From: Catajapyx aquilonaris
Taxonomy: Eukaryota
Assembly (NCBI GenBank): GCA_000934665.2
Contig: KZ538451.1
Location: 1 to 64,000 of the forward strand
Length of the DNA stretch: 64,000 nt
Direction: 5' to 3'
In this document: one piece after another, positions 1 to 13,700 of the stretch
How the letters are laid out: each line of letters begins with the position of its first letter
Position numbering within the stretch: position 1 is the stretch's first letter
Notes under the pieces: generated by a model
The model's input: only the letters and a program-made list of their open reading frames with translations
What the model was told of the DNA's origin: nothing
Databases searched by the model: none
Made by a program: the position numbers and the translations under genes

Positions 1-3000
1 CTCCCAAATCGAAAGTCTGTCAGATCCGCCCCTGAATAATAATGGTACTAACCATTGTTTCCCATTGTGACAGAAGCGCCATAATATGCCACATGAACAC
101 ACACGCCCACCGCGGCCAGTTAAATGTGAAAAAAACACCCACACACACTTTCTTTCCATGTGGAACCACATATAGTTTGATTTTGAACGCGGCAATTAAT
201 CATCCTAAAACGATGACGTGTACCCTGCCAAGAGCTGCACAAACGGTGCCGCACTATAAATGGATTGGTCCCCTGTTCTACTGCATGTGATGCACGTGTC
301 GCAACTACAGATACAAAGGCCATAATGGAATAATTAATACTCACAAAATGAAAGTCAGGCACTTTTTGTAACAGTTTGGACAAAAAAGCTGTCATTTGGC
401 ATGTGCAAATCACCTGTTGCGTTGACGTCAAAGTCCGAAAAGTTCGCTAAGAGTGGGTCGACGCTATTCTAATGTAATTCGGTACATTGCCTGTAACACA
501 AAGGTCGATCGCGATATAATTACCAGGCATGTCGTGGTGTCCTTCCCCTCTTGGGTCAACCTAAACGATGTTTCTGACAATGTTTCTACACTATATGTTA
601 CATGCGTACACATATTTTTGCTGAATTTTGGGTGCCTTTACATCGAATATGTACAGTACATACACCTCGGTGGCCATCCCAATTTTCAGTAATGAGCGCG
701 TTATTTTTTTTGTGGGCGACTTTTAACGCAAATGAGGAAAGGCCGTTGGTTAAAATGTTATGGGCGTGTCCATAGTTGGAGGAAGAAAAGTGCATGGCAA
801 AACTTTTAGGTTTTTGAGTAAAAATGGCGAGCCTTGTTAATTACGCTGCCATCTTCATGTCTTTTAAATTGGGATCCATTTTGTGGGAAAGGCTTCGGAT
901 GTCGGAGAGCGGGGGCAGGGGCAGGGACTTGGCGGGAGGGAGGTTGACTAATTAGCGAACAATTAAAAAGCATGCGGCCTCCTCTGTCAGGAACATCTTG
1001 AGGCAAAGTGACATAAATTCCGAAACTTTGAAGACGAGAAGAACAAACTTCCTGCCTTGCGTTTCTTAAAATGGAATTAATTGGGCCGCCATTTTGTATT
1101 CAACCCCTTTCCTGCCCACCACCCCCACCCCCCTTTCTCATGCATCTTTTTCTCTGGGACATTTGGCAAGGCTTGATATCTCGACTTGATTCAATTAACG
1201 ATTCTGCATCCACTTAGGCCCGACCATGTTTATTATCTTCCCGTAGGAACCCCCCCTCCTTCCTGTTCCTCCTGCTCCCCCTTTGCGACCTTTCCATTAG
1301 GAGACACTTCATTAATTTCGATGGTGCTCCTAGCAGCCGCTACTTTTCAAGTCAGGTAATTTATTAAAGACAAACTGTTTCATCTTTTGGTCTCATTTCC
1401 GTATATCCGAATTTTGTCTTGATTTCCGGAGTATATTGTTTGAGAATGCATGACTGCAGCTCTTTAGGGATCCTGCCAAGATGGAGACTGCAGGCGCTAC
1501 AGGTGGCCGCTTAAGCTCTGAACCGCCACCCCTCTTTCTCAACAACAGATTTCTTTTTCTCACGTTAGACCAGGCTTTTAGGGATGTTTAATTTGGTGAT
1601 AGAATTACTAGTTTGCATGTCGTGAAAATTTGGCTATGGAAATAATGCGAATAATAGCAACAGCATGCAAGGATGGAATTTTCATGCTATTAATAGCTCA
1701 GAAGTAGGGGGGTTGTGTAATATGATATTGTGCACTTTTGTTATGCAAGAAAGTTCATAGGTGACATTTTTAAAATAACAATGTTCGAACCTCACTGCTG
1801 GACAAGTTTCGTAAACGCTGTAAACAAAGTAACTTATATAGGGAACGATGATTGGTGAAAGGATTGCCCTCGAGGCCCATGGTATCCTCTAAGCATAACA
1901 ATAAATGAAGGGAAATTTTTTGCATTATGCAACCTGAATGATTTTCATTGGCGAATTGCGAACTGATGCGAAAAGACGATTGAATGACCCTACAGAAGTC
2001 CAAGGTAATGGCATTACCGCACAGTAAATACGTTTTATGGACTCGGAATCAAATAATATCATTTCCTGTGTAAGATGGTTCTTTAAGTCTCATAGTGGGT
2101 TAATATCAATAATATAATATATTGTGCAACCTGGCTCATCGTTTTTTATACTATACTGGACTTAGGTCCTTCTCTTTTATGCTATCCACTTCCTGTCAGG
2201 GCAGTACGACGCAATTTCATAATTCTAGAGGTAGCTCGGCCCTTGGGTTTCTCTCCCTCTCCCCCCAGAGATATCTTCAGGCAAAAGAGTGGAAGACACT
2301 GAAAGGTCCATCCACTTAGTTTCGCCCTACCCCTTAAGCCTGACTGAAACCCCTTTTGGGCCAAGACGCAAGGGGCCAGAAGGTGTCATCCCTCTTTCCA
2401 TTCTCAAGCCAGTATTTGCAATCCTTCAACAGACATTGGCCAAAAATGCATTTTTGATATTTTTTTGACTTTTTTTCAAAAAAAAATTGTCCCACTAGAC
2501 TAAAAGCGGCTATTCGTCACGTCAGCCTGAAATCTGATCCAACAGTGAAAAGGCCCTAGCTGCCACACTTGTACATCAAAACTCATGGATCCAGATGCAT
2601 AACTTGGGGAAAAGCGGGGAGGGATGGAAGGGGAGGGGGGATGGCGGGGGAATGGGAGCGCTTTGTTCCGAGGCCCGTTACATAAAGAGCCAAGCTTCCA
2701 GCTGCCCCAGGACCACAAAAGAGGTCCCAAGCCAGCCATTCTAGTTATGGACACACTGGATGGAAGTTCCCCCTGGGAAGTTTTGCATTCGGGAGAGTAG
2801 GAGGAAGGGTGGGGATGGTGGACGGGGGAGGAGGAAAGGATCGAATTTATGTTGGGGGAGACAAGTTGAGTGCTTTTCCTAGAAGACGCACGATTTGACA
2901 GCGGATTGTCTGTCTACGGGGGCTTCCTAACTTTTTTTTTGGGGGGGGACCATGGATGGGAGGTAGGGGGTTGCCGCCACTCAATCTGAAAATGCTCCAG

Positions 3001-3499
3001 GTAATCTGCAAAGTGAAGGAGGGGAAAAAGGAATGGGGAGGGATAAGCTGTGGTTTTTCTGCGACTCCGGGAAAACCGGATGCAAATGTGATTGAAATGG
3101 GGGAATTAATGCGGGTTGCTTTAATTGGACTCGGACGCGGTACGTCAGTGCAAAGTGTGCTGAATACATTCCCTGGACCGAGACACGTTCTAATAAATGG
3201 CTTCATAAAACTAGATGTACCTTTTCGGTGTAACCGCTAATATTGATTCTTGTGTGAATGTCATTTGAGGGCATTCGAGTGTGTCTTTTTGAATGAACGA
3301 CGTTCACTCCGTTTGATTGCTTCCGCTTGAGCAATCGAATGATTATGACGTCAGTGTCCACGTCGTCCTTGTTTTACGGCATTAAATTACACAAAGTACT
3401 TGAGTAATGATTTGACGACTATTCCCATTAAGTATTTCAAGTTTTTCTATTGTAGTGATACCATTTATTTTCTGGTTAGTAAGTGATATTTACTAACTG

Positions 3500-3623
3500 C
3501 AAGGGGGTTACCACTTCGGTACTCCAGTGTACACCTCCGAGTGGTACTCCCAGGTCCTCCTTATAGGTACCTTACTCTTTGGTACTCCAGTGTACATTTT
3601 TCAGTCGAGTGGTTACCCCCTTG
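3500..3623. mobile_element. Small MITE-like element
   Basis: Inverted termini caagggggttaccact / agtggttacccccttg; internal ggtactcc repeats. Confidence 0.55.
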
Positions 3624-3883
3624 ACTCAAATGTGTGGAAACCTTTTCCTCTCAAACTTTGCTTTTGTGACCACGACAGTGTTTTGAAATTACTGCTTTAA
3701 ACATGAGAAAACGGGCGAAATTGTATTTTTCCGTTCACATAATATTTTGAAAAATTAATATGAATCAAAGTAGTTATAAATAAATTGCCACAAAAGATTT
3801 ACAAGTGAGTAGCTTTTCGATATTTACGATTTACCGTAAGTCACGAAAACAAAGCCTGTGGTGAATAATACCCCTTTCATATA

Positions 3884-4065
3884 CAGTAAACCTCAAAACC
3901 TCTTCAAGGGACCGCCCAAAAGTAGCGTTATATATTTTTTGATTAAGCGGGATACCGTTATATGCGGGAAAATTTACCTTATGGGAATGATCGAGGGACC
4001 GGAAACAAGGGGCGTTAAAAGTGGGAAAGTGTTATATGCGGGAGCCTTATATCGAGGTTTGACTG
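3884..4065. mobile_element. Tc1/mariner-pogo-like MITE
   Basis: TA|CAGTAAACCTC ... GAGGTTTGACTG|TA; internal gcgttatat-type subrepeats. Confidence 0.65.
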
Positions 4066-4148
4066 TACTTATTAGGCATAAGCAATAAGGAAATAACACC
4101 TACTACCATGGTCATAGAATACTCAGGTCTGGACACTCCCACCTACCC

Positions 4149-4438
4149 CCTGCCGGGGAGTTTTGCAGAAGGTGCTCACTTGAGAGCGTCATGAGACATT
4201 TCACTCCCCAGGTAAGTGGCGACCCTACCGGACTACGCTTAACTTTATAGGTACGAAAGGGAAGCGCTACATTGGGGGACCCAACATGGTCGCTGGCGGC
4301 CATTTTGGGCCCGCATGTAGCGCTTCCCTTTTGTACCTATAAAGTTAAGCGTAGTCCGGTAGGGTCGCCACATACCTGGGGAGTGAAAGGTCTCATGGCG
4401 CTCTCAGGTGAGCACCTCCTGCAAAACGCCCAGGCAGG
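4149..4438. mobile_element. Foldback (palindromic) MITE-like element
   Basis: About 140-bp imperfect inverted arms (e.g. ccctaccggactacgcttaactttataggtac / gtacctataaagttaagcgtagtccggtaggg); explains the mirror ORFs 4112-4303 and 4272-4457. Confidence 0.85.
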
Positions 4439-6491
4439 CGATAAGATCAGAATGTAGTATAAGTGTCCGGGGGCTGCCTACTACCTAAGAACAAAAAAAT
4501 GCAAATGTTACATGGTATTATTACTGATGCGATTGGTTGGGTATGGAAATACTTTTTGTATTTAATGTCGTTAATATCGTAGTAATTAAGGATGAAACTG
4601 TTAGCAGTAGGAACAAGAGCTAGTACCCGTGCTTCCTAGAGTGTATTGGCATAGTCGACTCAGTGACACAAATGACGAGCTGGTTGCCAACAGGACCATG
4701 CTCATCTGCTCAGCTATATCGGACTAACCGCACTCGCCTTTCCGCAGTGTCAAGTGAAAACATGTGTCACGTTCGTATAGTGCCCTGTATATTTTTTTTG
4801 TCAGTCTGCCACGTAATTGCAGATAACTCCGTATAAAACCTGTGTGGAATCCGTCAACCCCTGTCACTAAAGAAAACATGATTGTACCGAGATAACTTCA
4901 TATTATACGGATGTAGAAAAAATTGGGTGAACACACCCACACCACTCACACATCACACTATGGCCAGATGGTCTCAAGGCAGGTGACTGGAAATGTCATA
5001 GCAGGAAACTTGCTCTAAACCAGAAATTATTTTAAAAATACTCTGAACATATACGCAGTTACAGTGACGTGTTGCAGCAACACAATAAAAACCGGGGGCT
5101 CTGTGGACCTAACACGAACTGCCTGCAATACCAGCTCTTGGCAATACTGAGTAACAGTACTTGACACTACTTATCTGTATATGCATATATTTTTGTGAGA
5201 AACTAGTACGGAGCCAGTTTGAATAGACATTTCATAAATGTCAAAATAAAATCAGTATTCTATGCTCAGCCATAAATGTCCTCAAAATCCATGTTTCTCC
5301 CATTGTCAAAATTGAAACTCTCCAACAGTTTCCGCCAGCCATAAAGCAGTAACTAAACACGGTCTGCTGGATTACAAAGCCACGAGTATCGGCACTCTGA
5401 AAGTGTGCAAATTCGGTTGGAAATCAGTTGATATCATCCGATCAGCAAGCAAAAGTATTATAGTGAGAGTGTTTGTAGTGAGTGAAAAGAGGTGTGGATA
5501 GCGTTGGGAGGGGCGAATGAGCTCATTTCTGCGGTGGTTCCTGCTTCCTGGTTTTCCATTGACTTGAACGGCAGCGTATTTCCCGGGCCCCCGGAAGCGT
5601 GAAGATGAGGCCTGATATTGCATCCCAGGCGGCTTAGCCTGCGGTTTGGGTAATTAGAGAGAGGTGGGAAGCTCCTCACGTGACCTGCAAACTCTATCAA
5701 ACTGACTGACTCACTTCGTTCCAGCTCGATATCGGCTTATCCAGAGAGACCCTCTCTACCTTACAACTAATGGGCCCTGAGCACTGTCATTTGACCGGAT
5801 TTTCAGAGCGAGGTGTGTCAACGGATTGGGAAAATTTGCATACTGAATTCAACAAATTCAGTTTTCAATATTTTGAAGGACTTTGAATGTTGACCACAGC
5901 TCAATCCTGGAGCCACTATACACTGACATTGCACATAATCAGCCCAAGTGATTATGTGTGCCTAGTCTGAAATTTTTACCATTATTATTTAAATAACGGT
6001 AATACTGAGTAGTACAAATATTTTAAAGTGCAGTCCTACTTACAAATTCGGGCCATGGCATTTCCAGGACAGTAAGGGTACATTATTAGTGCTCGTGGCA
6101 TTACTAATACATCTTCTAGGCCCAAATTATACCATCAGGTCTCTAGATGGAAGAATCCATTAAAAAGAGAATACCTGTGAGGTACACAGTGCCCTTCATT
6201 GTCGGGATGTAGCGTGTTACGAATTCATATTGGTCAGCTCATGTCGTAACCTCTCACCCGAGGGTCGAATTATTAAGACCTAGGGGCGACACGCTGGCCT
6301 AGTTGAGGGCAACAGTTGTTCCGATCCCCGTTGGAAGAGTTTCGGTGGGGTTCTCTCCATGTTAGAGTGGGTCTTCTCGAGATTCTCCCTTTTCATCCCG
6401 ATACACAAATGAGCAGTGCAGAATTTAATAAATATATTTTGATGGCCTAACGCTAACCAAAGCATTATTCAGACGCCATTTTCCGCTTCCT

Positions 6492-6887
6492 CGTTACTAG
6501 GAATTAGTCCATTCGGACACGGCCGGGAGCGAGGATTTTGCCATAAAAGTGCTCATAACTTCCGTGTATACAAACATATTCAGTTAATTAAAAACATGTC
6601 CCGAGGTGTATATATCCGAGGTATAGTTAACAAAAATAAAACCACAAAACCATGAAATATTTGAGGAGAAATTTTATTCCAATCGCCTTATGAACAATAA
6701 CATGGAGTAATGTGTTTTAATTTTTTCATTAGAAGTAATAGCCGGAAAAGCAAAAGAAAAGCCCATGTCCCGAAGTGTATATCATAGGTATAGTTTACAA
6801 AAATAAAACCACAAAAACATGTAATAATTATTGAGGACATATTTTATTCCATCCGGCCGCGCCCGACCGGACAAATTCCTGGTAACG
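6492..6887. mobile_element. MITE with internal direct duplication
   Basis: Termini cgttactaggaattagtcc / ggacaaattcctggtaacg; about 85-bp direct repeat (catgtcccga...attttattcca) at about 6596 and 6764. Confidence 0.65.
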
Positions 6888-7737
6888 TTCCCAAAAAATG
6901 CTTCCCAACACTATCAATAAATAGCACCATCCCCTCTGAAAACTTACACCAATTGGAGACCTGATATCAAACTAAGTATCGCCCTCCATGTGTCCCATTA
7001 TCCACCCTGAAGAGGCTGCAAACCTTTTTAAAAGATAACAAATGACACGACCAGATCTTGTGACACCTTTTCAAAGCGTAACATTAGGTGACGGCACCGG
7101 GTCTCCTTTTTTTTGTTAACAAACGATTGGAGGGGGCAAGAGGAAGGCATGGAGGGTAAAGGGGGGTTCTCTTTTGGCGGGGCGGGGCCCTGACTTTCTA
7201 ATGGCGCCAAATTAGAGCCAGAATTGCCTTTTCAGGGGACCATAAAGTGGCGTTAATAACAAGAATTCCCTGTGACGGGCAGCACCACAGATAACCGGGA
7301 ATCATGCGATCCTTGTCACCGCGGGCCCGAGGAGATAAATGAGCTTATTAGACAAATCAGGGACCTTTAAAAAGGAGCACGGTTTCTGACACCAATTAGA
7401 CCTGAAAATGGAAAGCTTGCGACTGCCACGCTTCGCCCATAAAGTCCGCCTTCTCAAAAGGGGAAAGTGAATTACAGTGGTTGAATGGGGTGGCCTTCAG
7501 AGATGCGGGAAGACCCTCAGAGGGTATGCAACATGCCATGCAGTCTTGGACTTCTGGAATAACCATCCAGGGAGCCTTATTGCAAGATGTATAGTAGTGG
7601 AAATTAATGGAGAAGCACAAGTATCGCCTCCTGGCGGAGTTTTTCATCTGCATGAAGCAGCTTCAGGAGGCCAGGAGGCGATACTTGTGCCTCTCTGTAT
7701 ACTAGGAGTCGCAGCTAAGATCAGAAAAGTCTAAAAT

Positions 7738-8072
7738 TAATAATAATAATCCTGGGGGTAGTGCTTGACCTTACGGTATTCAGCACGGACCTTTATTGTG
7801 TCGTCGTACAATTTTGGAACCTTTTTGCGAAGCGCCCGGGCCCACGGGCAGGATGACAGGAGGGGATGTGCAAGGTGCAGTGCAATGTCGTAGCTGTGGT
7901 CATTTTGTGAACTCCCCCGGGTGGCTTAGTCTGTTGGAAATACCACCCGAAACGTAGATAGAGATGACCCCGAACTCTGCACGAGATGAAGGGGGTGTCC
8001 CCGGGATGGGATCGAACCCGGGGCCTTAACATCCGTGGGCGCGTGTGTTACCGAGGCGCCACTCGTCTCCCC
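7738..8072 (-). mobile_element. tRNA-derived SINE (family C)
   Basis: Minus strand starts ggggagacgagtggcgcctcggt (box A-like), has box B gggttcgatccc, and ends in a (TTA)n tail. Confidence 0.7.
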
Positions 8073-8657
8073 GAAATCAGGATCCAACAATTACTGCAAT
8101 AAGTACAATGCGTTCAGCCCCGAGCAGCGGGGTAACATTTCGATAACAATATGGCGAGTTGGTAAACAAGAATTGACATTACTAGGCGATGGAATCATGA
8201 ACAAATGAAGTAATGACGGAAAAAGGGGGGGAGGGAATCAGAACTTAAATCCTGCAGCAGATGGAACTGTCAGGTTTTTAACATAGATCCGCTCGATCCA
8301 ACTGCACATTCGGCCCTTTAAAGAAGAAACCGAATCCCTCATAGTGATTGAGCAAATAAATAGAAATGTATTTTTTATGGTTTTTAATTTTTTGCGGAGT
8401 TACGAAGAGGAATTGAGTTTAGCCGTAAATAGTAGGAATGCACGTCACGACGGTGGGGATCTGTGTTCAAAATTTGGAAGCTATACCTACAGTAGAACTT
8501 GAGTTAGGGGGAATAAAAAAACCGTAACAACAACAACATGGAAAAATTCGTTGTTGAAACGCCCCTAAAATATTTATTTAGCCTTTACTGAACCAGATAA
8601 TTGGAAAAACAAACAACTGGCCTGTTCTGATAGGAACTGGGCGACCACTTAAAATAT

Positions 8658-8658
<1 letters not shown>

Positions 8659-8729
<71 letters not shown>

Positions 8730-9003
8730 TCATACCCCTTATCAGCCGGCGGCTCTTTAGGGGGGATTTTTTTTTTGGACTGAAACTCTTCGTTTCGTTT
8801 TTACTGCCCTTTTTGGGATACGATAGGAAAGGAAGGAGGCGGCTGTGGCCTATTAGTTTAGGAAACAACTCCGGAATTCTCCTGGAGGAACCGTGGGAAT
8901 CCACAGAAAACCACGGTTAGAGTTGCCGGCACCGAGATTCGAACCCAGGACCTCCCGATTAGCAGTCGGATACCATATCCCCTCCGCCACCACTGCTTCG
9001 GTC
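8659..9003 (-). mobile_element. tRNA-derived SINE (family A: head1-core1-tail) with long (TTA)n tail
   Basis: Box B (ggttcgaatc on the minus strand); homologous to 30961-31258; 13-bp TSD ACTTAAAATATTA at 8646-8658 and 9004-9016. Confidence 0.92.
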
Positions 9004-10183
9004 ACTTAAAATATTACAAACGATCAGAGCCGTATGAACGCCACACTGCCGAAAGACAACAATAACGACGGGCCTAAAGAACCCTACTTTAGCAAATCTA
9101 GTTAAAACGTGGTTGTAACTGACAGGTTACGTTTCTAATGTGACACCTGCCAAGTCCCGTAACATGATAAAATTACCTCTGATTTATAAACTGCAATTTT
9201 TGACTTTTCCGGCTTCATGGACATATTTCGCAGCACTATGCAAAAACCCTGCAAAAACCCCTACCTCAGGGTTGGATGGCCGCCGGGGAGGTAGGTGGGA
9301 CAGAGGGGTTGCTAGTAATTAAATTACAACCGCTTTTAAAATTTCCCTCTCGTCCTAGAGGTCAGATGTTCCCTCGGTGTGCAAACACGTGTTGACGCAC
9401 AGCCGTTACGCTTAAAAAATTTACGTCTCCTGCCATATGACGTAAGGACGCATTTTTTTTTGCATGTTTCAGCCAACAGTGCGTGTCCAGAAAACCTGCA
9501 AAAAAATGGCCAGACATCCGTCACTCACGCAGCAGCTGCTGCCTCAACACTCGAATTAAAGCCACCGGAGCCCTTGTGACATTTTTATCGATGATTTCAC
9601 GTGGTTTTTTACCCGTCTAAATATCGGTTTTTGGGGTTAGGACCGCTTATTAGGCGGGGGTTTGGGGTGGAGATTGGCCGCGGCACGGTATTGACAGTAA
9701 TGGAGACCTTTTTTGACCCCGCGACTCGTTTCCATGATGGCAGTCTAATGAACGTCACGAATGAATTTTCGAGTCGGAATTGGTGGGTGGGATGAGGGAG
9801 GAAAGCGGGGAGGGTAGGGTAGGGAGCAGGGGGGATTTTTTTTTTAAAAAAAAAGCCATGACAGTGTCGTGTTTTGTGGTGTCTAACGAATTTGATGCTT
9901 GATCATTTTTTCCGAATTGCTTTGTGCACCGGTACCGTTTGATGTTCTCAAAGTGATTGTCGCAGCCGGAAATGACAGCCTAACTGTTTTTGTGATCTGC
10001 GGTTTTTTGAAAGCGGGGGAAAGGGGGGGGGGGATGGATTATGACAGACACGTCTTTGTGGCTCAATGTGGACAGTTTTGTGCGTTTTAGTGAGGTGTGC
10101 ACGTCGCTTTTGCAGGCCGTGATACATGTACTGAACATACACAAGGTAGGGCCTCAATTCTGGAATATAGCACATGAAAATAG

Positions 10184-10461
10184 CACTCCACTCAAAATGC
10201 AATTTTGTCTCTAAAAATCGGGCAAAAAATCCTGATTCCGAGGGTATAAGCAGTTTTTCTGAGAGACGGAGGATAAGGCCAGAGCGAGCCGTCAAAATTC
10301 GGCAATTCGTATCTGCCGCAAAACAGCAGCGCCTCCACAGGGACTTGGCAGAAATTGGCCTGAGGCTGCGCCATCTTTGGTCTACGCCACGGTCCACGCC
10401 ATCTTTGGTCCGTCGGTTTTTGCCAGGTTTTTAAAGCCCAACTTGCATTTTGAGTGGAGTG
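10184..10461. mobile_element. CAC-terminal MITE (CMC/EnSpm-like?)
   Basis: TIR cactccactcaaaatgcaa / ttgcattttgagtggagtg; internal cgccatctttggtc duplication. Confidence 0.7.
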
Positions 10462-10475
10462 TCTCTTCAGGAAGA

Positions 10476-10772
10476 AGTAGGGAAGAGAGGTACCGCAAAA
10501 GTCGGGAGGGCGAGTAGTGGACGGAGGCAGTGGCTGTGTCGCAAACGCAAGGCTGCAAGTATGGATTTTATTTTCGTAATGGCAGACCGAATATGGCAGG
10601 GGAAAGGGTATACTGTACCAATCTAATCTAACGTAACCTTCCTTCCTTGCGGATACAGACCTATCTTCAGCGGATACACACATATCCTTCAGCCTGCCTG
10701 CTCCGTTTTTGCGACACAGACACTGCCCCCAGCCACCACCAACACCGTCTGTGGTACCGCGTTAACCTACTC
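10476..10772. mobile_element. Degenerate MITE-like inverted repeat element
   Basis: Patchy inverted matches: agtagg/cctact, ggtaccgc/gtggtacc, ggcagtg/cactgcc, ctgtgtcgcaaa/tttgcgacacag. Confidence 0.5.
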
Positions 10773-13700
10773 TAGCCTTTATTACACAATCTAGAACGAG
10801 GTTGTTTCACGACTAACTACAAACTTGCACGCCTCCATGCAGGTCCCCACCCAACATCTCCACATCCCGCCTTACCGTGACAATACTGCCAACTTTTCAT
10901 TAACTCCACCTAGTGGGTCTCAATAGAGTAGGAATGCAAAGACTTATGTTTCTTGCTTGTCAATATATTGTTAAAAATAATTTCTACGAAGAAAGCAACG
11001 TGACAATAATCAGCTGTCTTAGTTACTTGGTAGAACGGACTTTGAAGACTTTTGAATGCTTTCAATTAGTCAGCGGCACTTCCGGTGATGCCACGTCACA
11101 CCCTAAAAGGTCTACCTGTTATGACAAATGCGATCTGAGTATTCAAGTCCATCGCGGTGCACCATACATCACTTTTTCGGGCGCCATCGTGACGTCCACA
11201 CGCGAACGCCTTTACACCTTCAATTTGTCCCTTTTTAGAGTCTCAGTTGCGGAAACAAGCGGGCCAGGAAGCTAAAAAAGAGGCGCCATGAAAAGGGGCC
11301 TGACACCCAGCAAAGTGCATTGCCCATCAATCCACACGAATATTATCCGATCGACTCCTGAGGGTCAGACCAGGCACGGTTTAAAAGCCGAGTCAGCTAA
11401 GTCTAGGGACCTCCACGATTGATGAGGCAGAAGGTCAAAAGACAGCCGAGGACTGCCATGACATGCAGGTGCACTTTCCTGTTGGAAGGGGGGATAGGGA
11501 GGTTCCACTTTGCACAGGCGCCATCAACAAAGAACAAAGAAAAGTGGCGGGAATCGATAGCTTGCCTAATAAAAGCGGCATGAAGCAACAGGGGAGGTGT
11601 TTTGGTAAGACGAAACACTTTGTAGGGGGCAAGGGCAGCCGTTGGGGAAGGCAGGAACCGATTATTAGAGAAAAAATCAATTAAAAGTGTGGCACATTCT
11701 GAATTGTCCAGGTCAGAAGCCTTGGACTGTTGCATTTCCCAGGTGTAATTGGAATCAGAATCTGCACAAAACTCCAATTACGTGGTTTAGACCCTTCTCC
11801 CACGTGAAAACCGCATCAAAAACCAATGGGGACCATGCGGCTACCACCCCACCAGTGTGACAGGACAAGTTTGAGCAAGTCCCAGCACGTCTGAGCTAGT
11901 CCGAACAAGACCGTTTGCTGGCAAAGGTTAGGTGGTGGACTGCTTCTAGCGGACCTTTTGACATACCTGATTCCTTAAACTGTTACTTTTTAGTGGTTGA
12001 GAGGCACACTGTGGGCAAGGGTGGACTTATCTTGGGACACCCCTTCCATGAAATCCTGGTTACAGCCATGGGAGTAGATAGGTTCTCTGTAATGGCGTTA
12101 GAGGGGGTGGTCCACGAAATGGCGCCCGGATGCGTAATTGAATCGGACTCGGTGGCGGGACTTTTTTTTATAAATAATTGAGCAGCGTCCGGGGAGAACA
12201 AATGTCGGGCCCTGTGGTTGTTGGTCGTCACAGTTGTCCCCAGGAAAGTTAATGATGGTCTGTTTCCCTCCTTTGGGGGGATGTGAACACGACACCCTGG
12301 GCGACAACTTGCTGCAACGGACGCGGTACAGAGGCGACATTCGCGATGTGACATCCTGTCAGGATAGGGGAGAGGAGGGGAGTGGCATGAAATTTTAAAT
12401 TTCATTTGTTAGTTTGTGTAGTTTTCAGGTGCGAGCGTTGATCTGCTTGGAGGCTCTGAGGTACTAAGCTGGTACATTTTTGGTTTGCTCTTAACAATTT
12501 GGAGCAGGCACAAGGGCAGATTACGTTCTTTTATGAAATAACGTGTGCATTTTATATGAGTTACTGGACATAAATATACGCTCATATAATGAAATTTTTG
12601 CGCTAGAGCACATAATTAAAAACACTCCGCATGATACATTCGGGTAGAGCAACCAATAGTGCGTTTAAGTATAAGTAGTACAAGTATATACTAACCATAA
12701 ATACCAAAATATTGAGTGATGGACAGATCACGCGATCGTGATTCGATGATACTTTTTCTCATTCTTTCAGGTATGAGCATGTGAATCGATATAGCGATAC
12801 CGAGATATCGTAGCCTAGGCAGCGTATCGATGCCAGAGATTATAGGAAAATGTGAAATTCAGTGTTTGCTTACTTATTAGATCACCAACTAAGACACATC
12901 CGGATTAGGAAATTAATTTGATCAAACGTCAAATGGCCACAGAAGACGTTTTACTTTTAAGCAAAATATTTCTTTAATTTACGGCAATGGTAGAAGATGA
13001 ACAGTTTTAAGAGTTGCAAATTATCCATTAATATTTATTTCAATGGAGTTAATGAGTGTGAACAACTGGTTTTCCATTGTATTCAGTGTCCCATTTTAAG
13101 CGTTGCCATGTTGTGCAAACAGGGTTTCACAGGCATTAATTTTATATGCTATTACTGTTGGTGAATATTGAGAAACTCTGAAAATGGAGCATTACTAAAG
13201 ATTGGTGGGAAATATGAAATATACAGTAGATTCTCTAATAATAAAATGATTCCCTCTCTAACAGGGTAACGTAAACCAAATAAATTCTCTAACAATCCTA
13301 CCAGCTTATGTGTCTATTTCAAGTTTGAAAAATCTGCTAACTAATGATTTTCAAATCCAGATACATCATTGAGGATCTATTACTAAGCAAAAACTGAGTT
13401 GAGCTTTTTGTACACTGTTAATAGGAACAACCTCGCACATTTATTATTATTACCCGAAACCTATCCTTTAGCACATCCTTGAACCTGCCAGATGTGTCTC
13501 ATCCAACACTCTTTAGCAATATACAATGCAACGTCATTTCCAATATGAAAGGCACAATTAATTTTTGTCGATAGTTTGATGTGAAGGAAGGAACCAAAAG
13601 AAAGTTCGCACGGTTGCCTGACTCTCTCCCGACGAGCCTATTATTGACACGTGCCAACAGTAATACTGCAGACTAGCTGAAGGAAAAGAAGAAGAAGAAG

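Noticed and set aside
8578..8904. ORF with poly-Tyr
   Set aside because: Translation of the (TTA)n tail and body of a SINE
11403..12405. Cluster of 73-140 aa ORFs on both strands
   Set aside because: No family motif and no supported splice structure; consistent with chance ORFs in GC-balanced non-coding DNA
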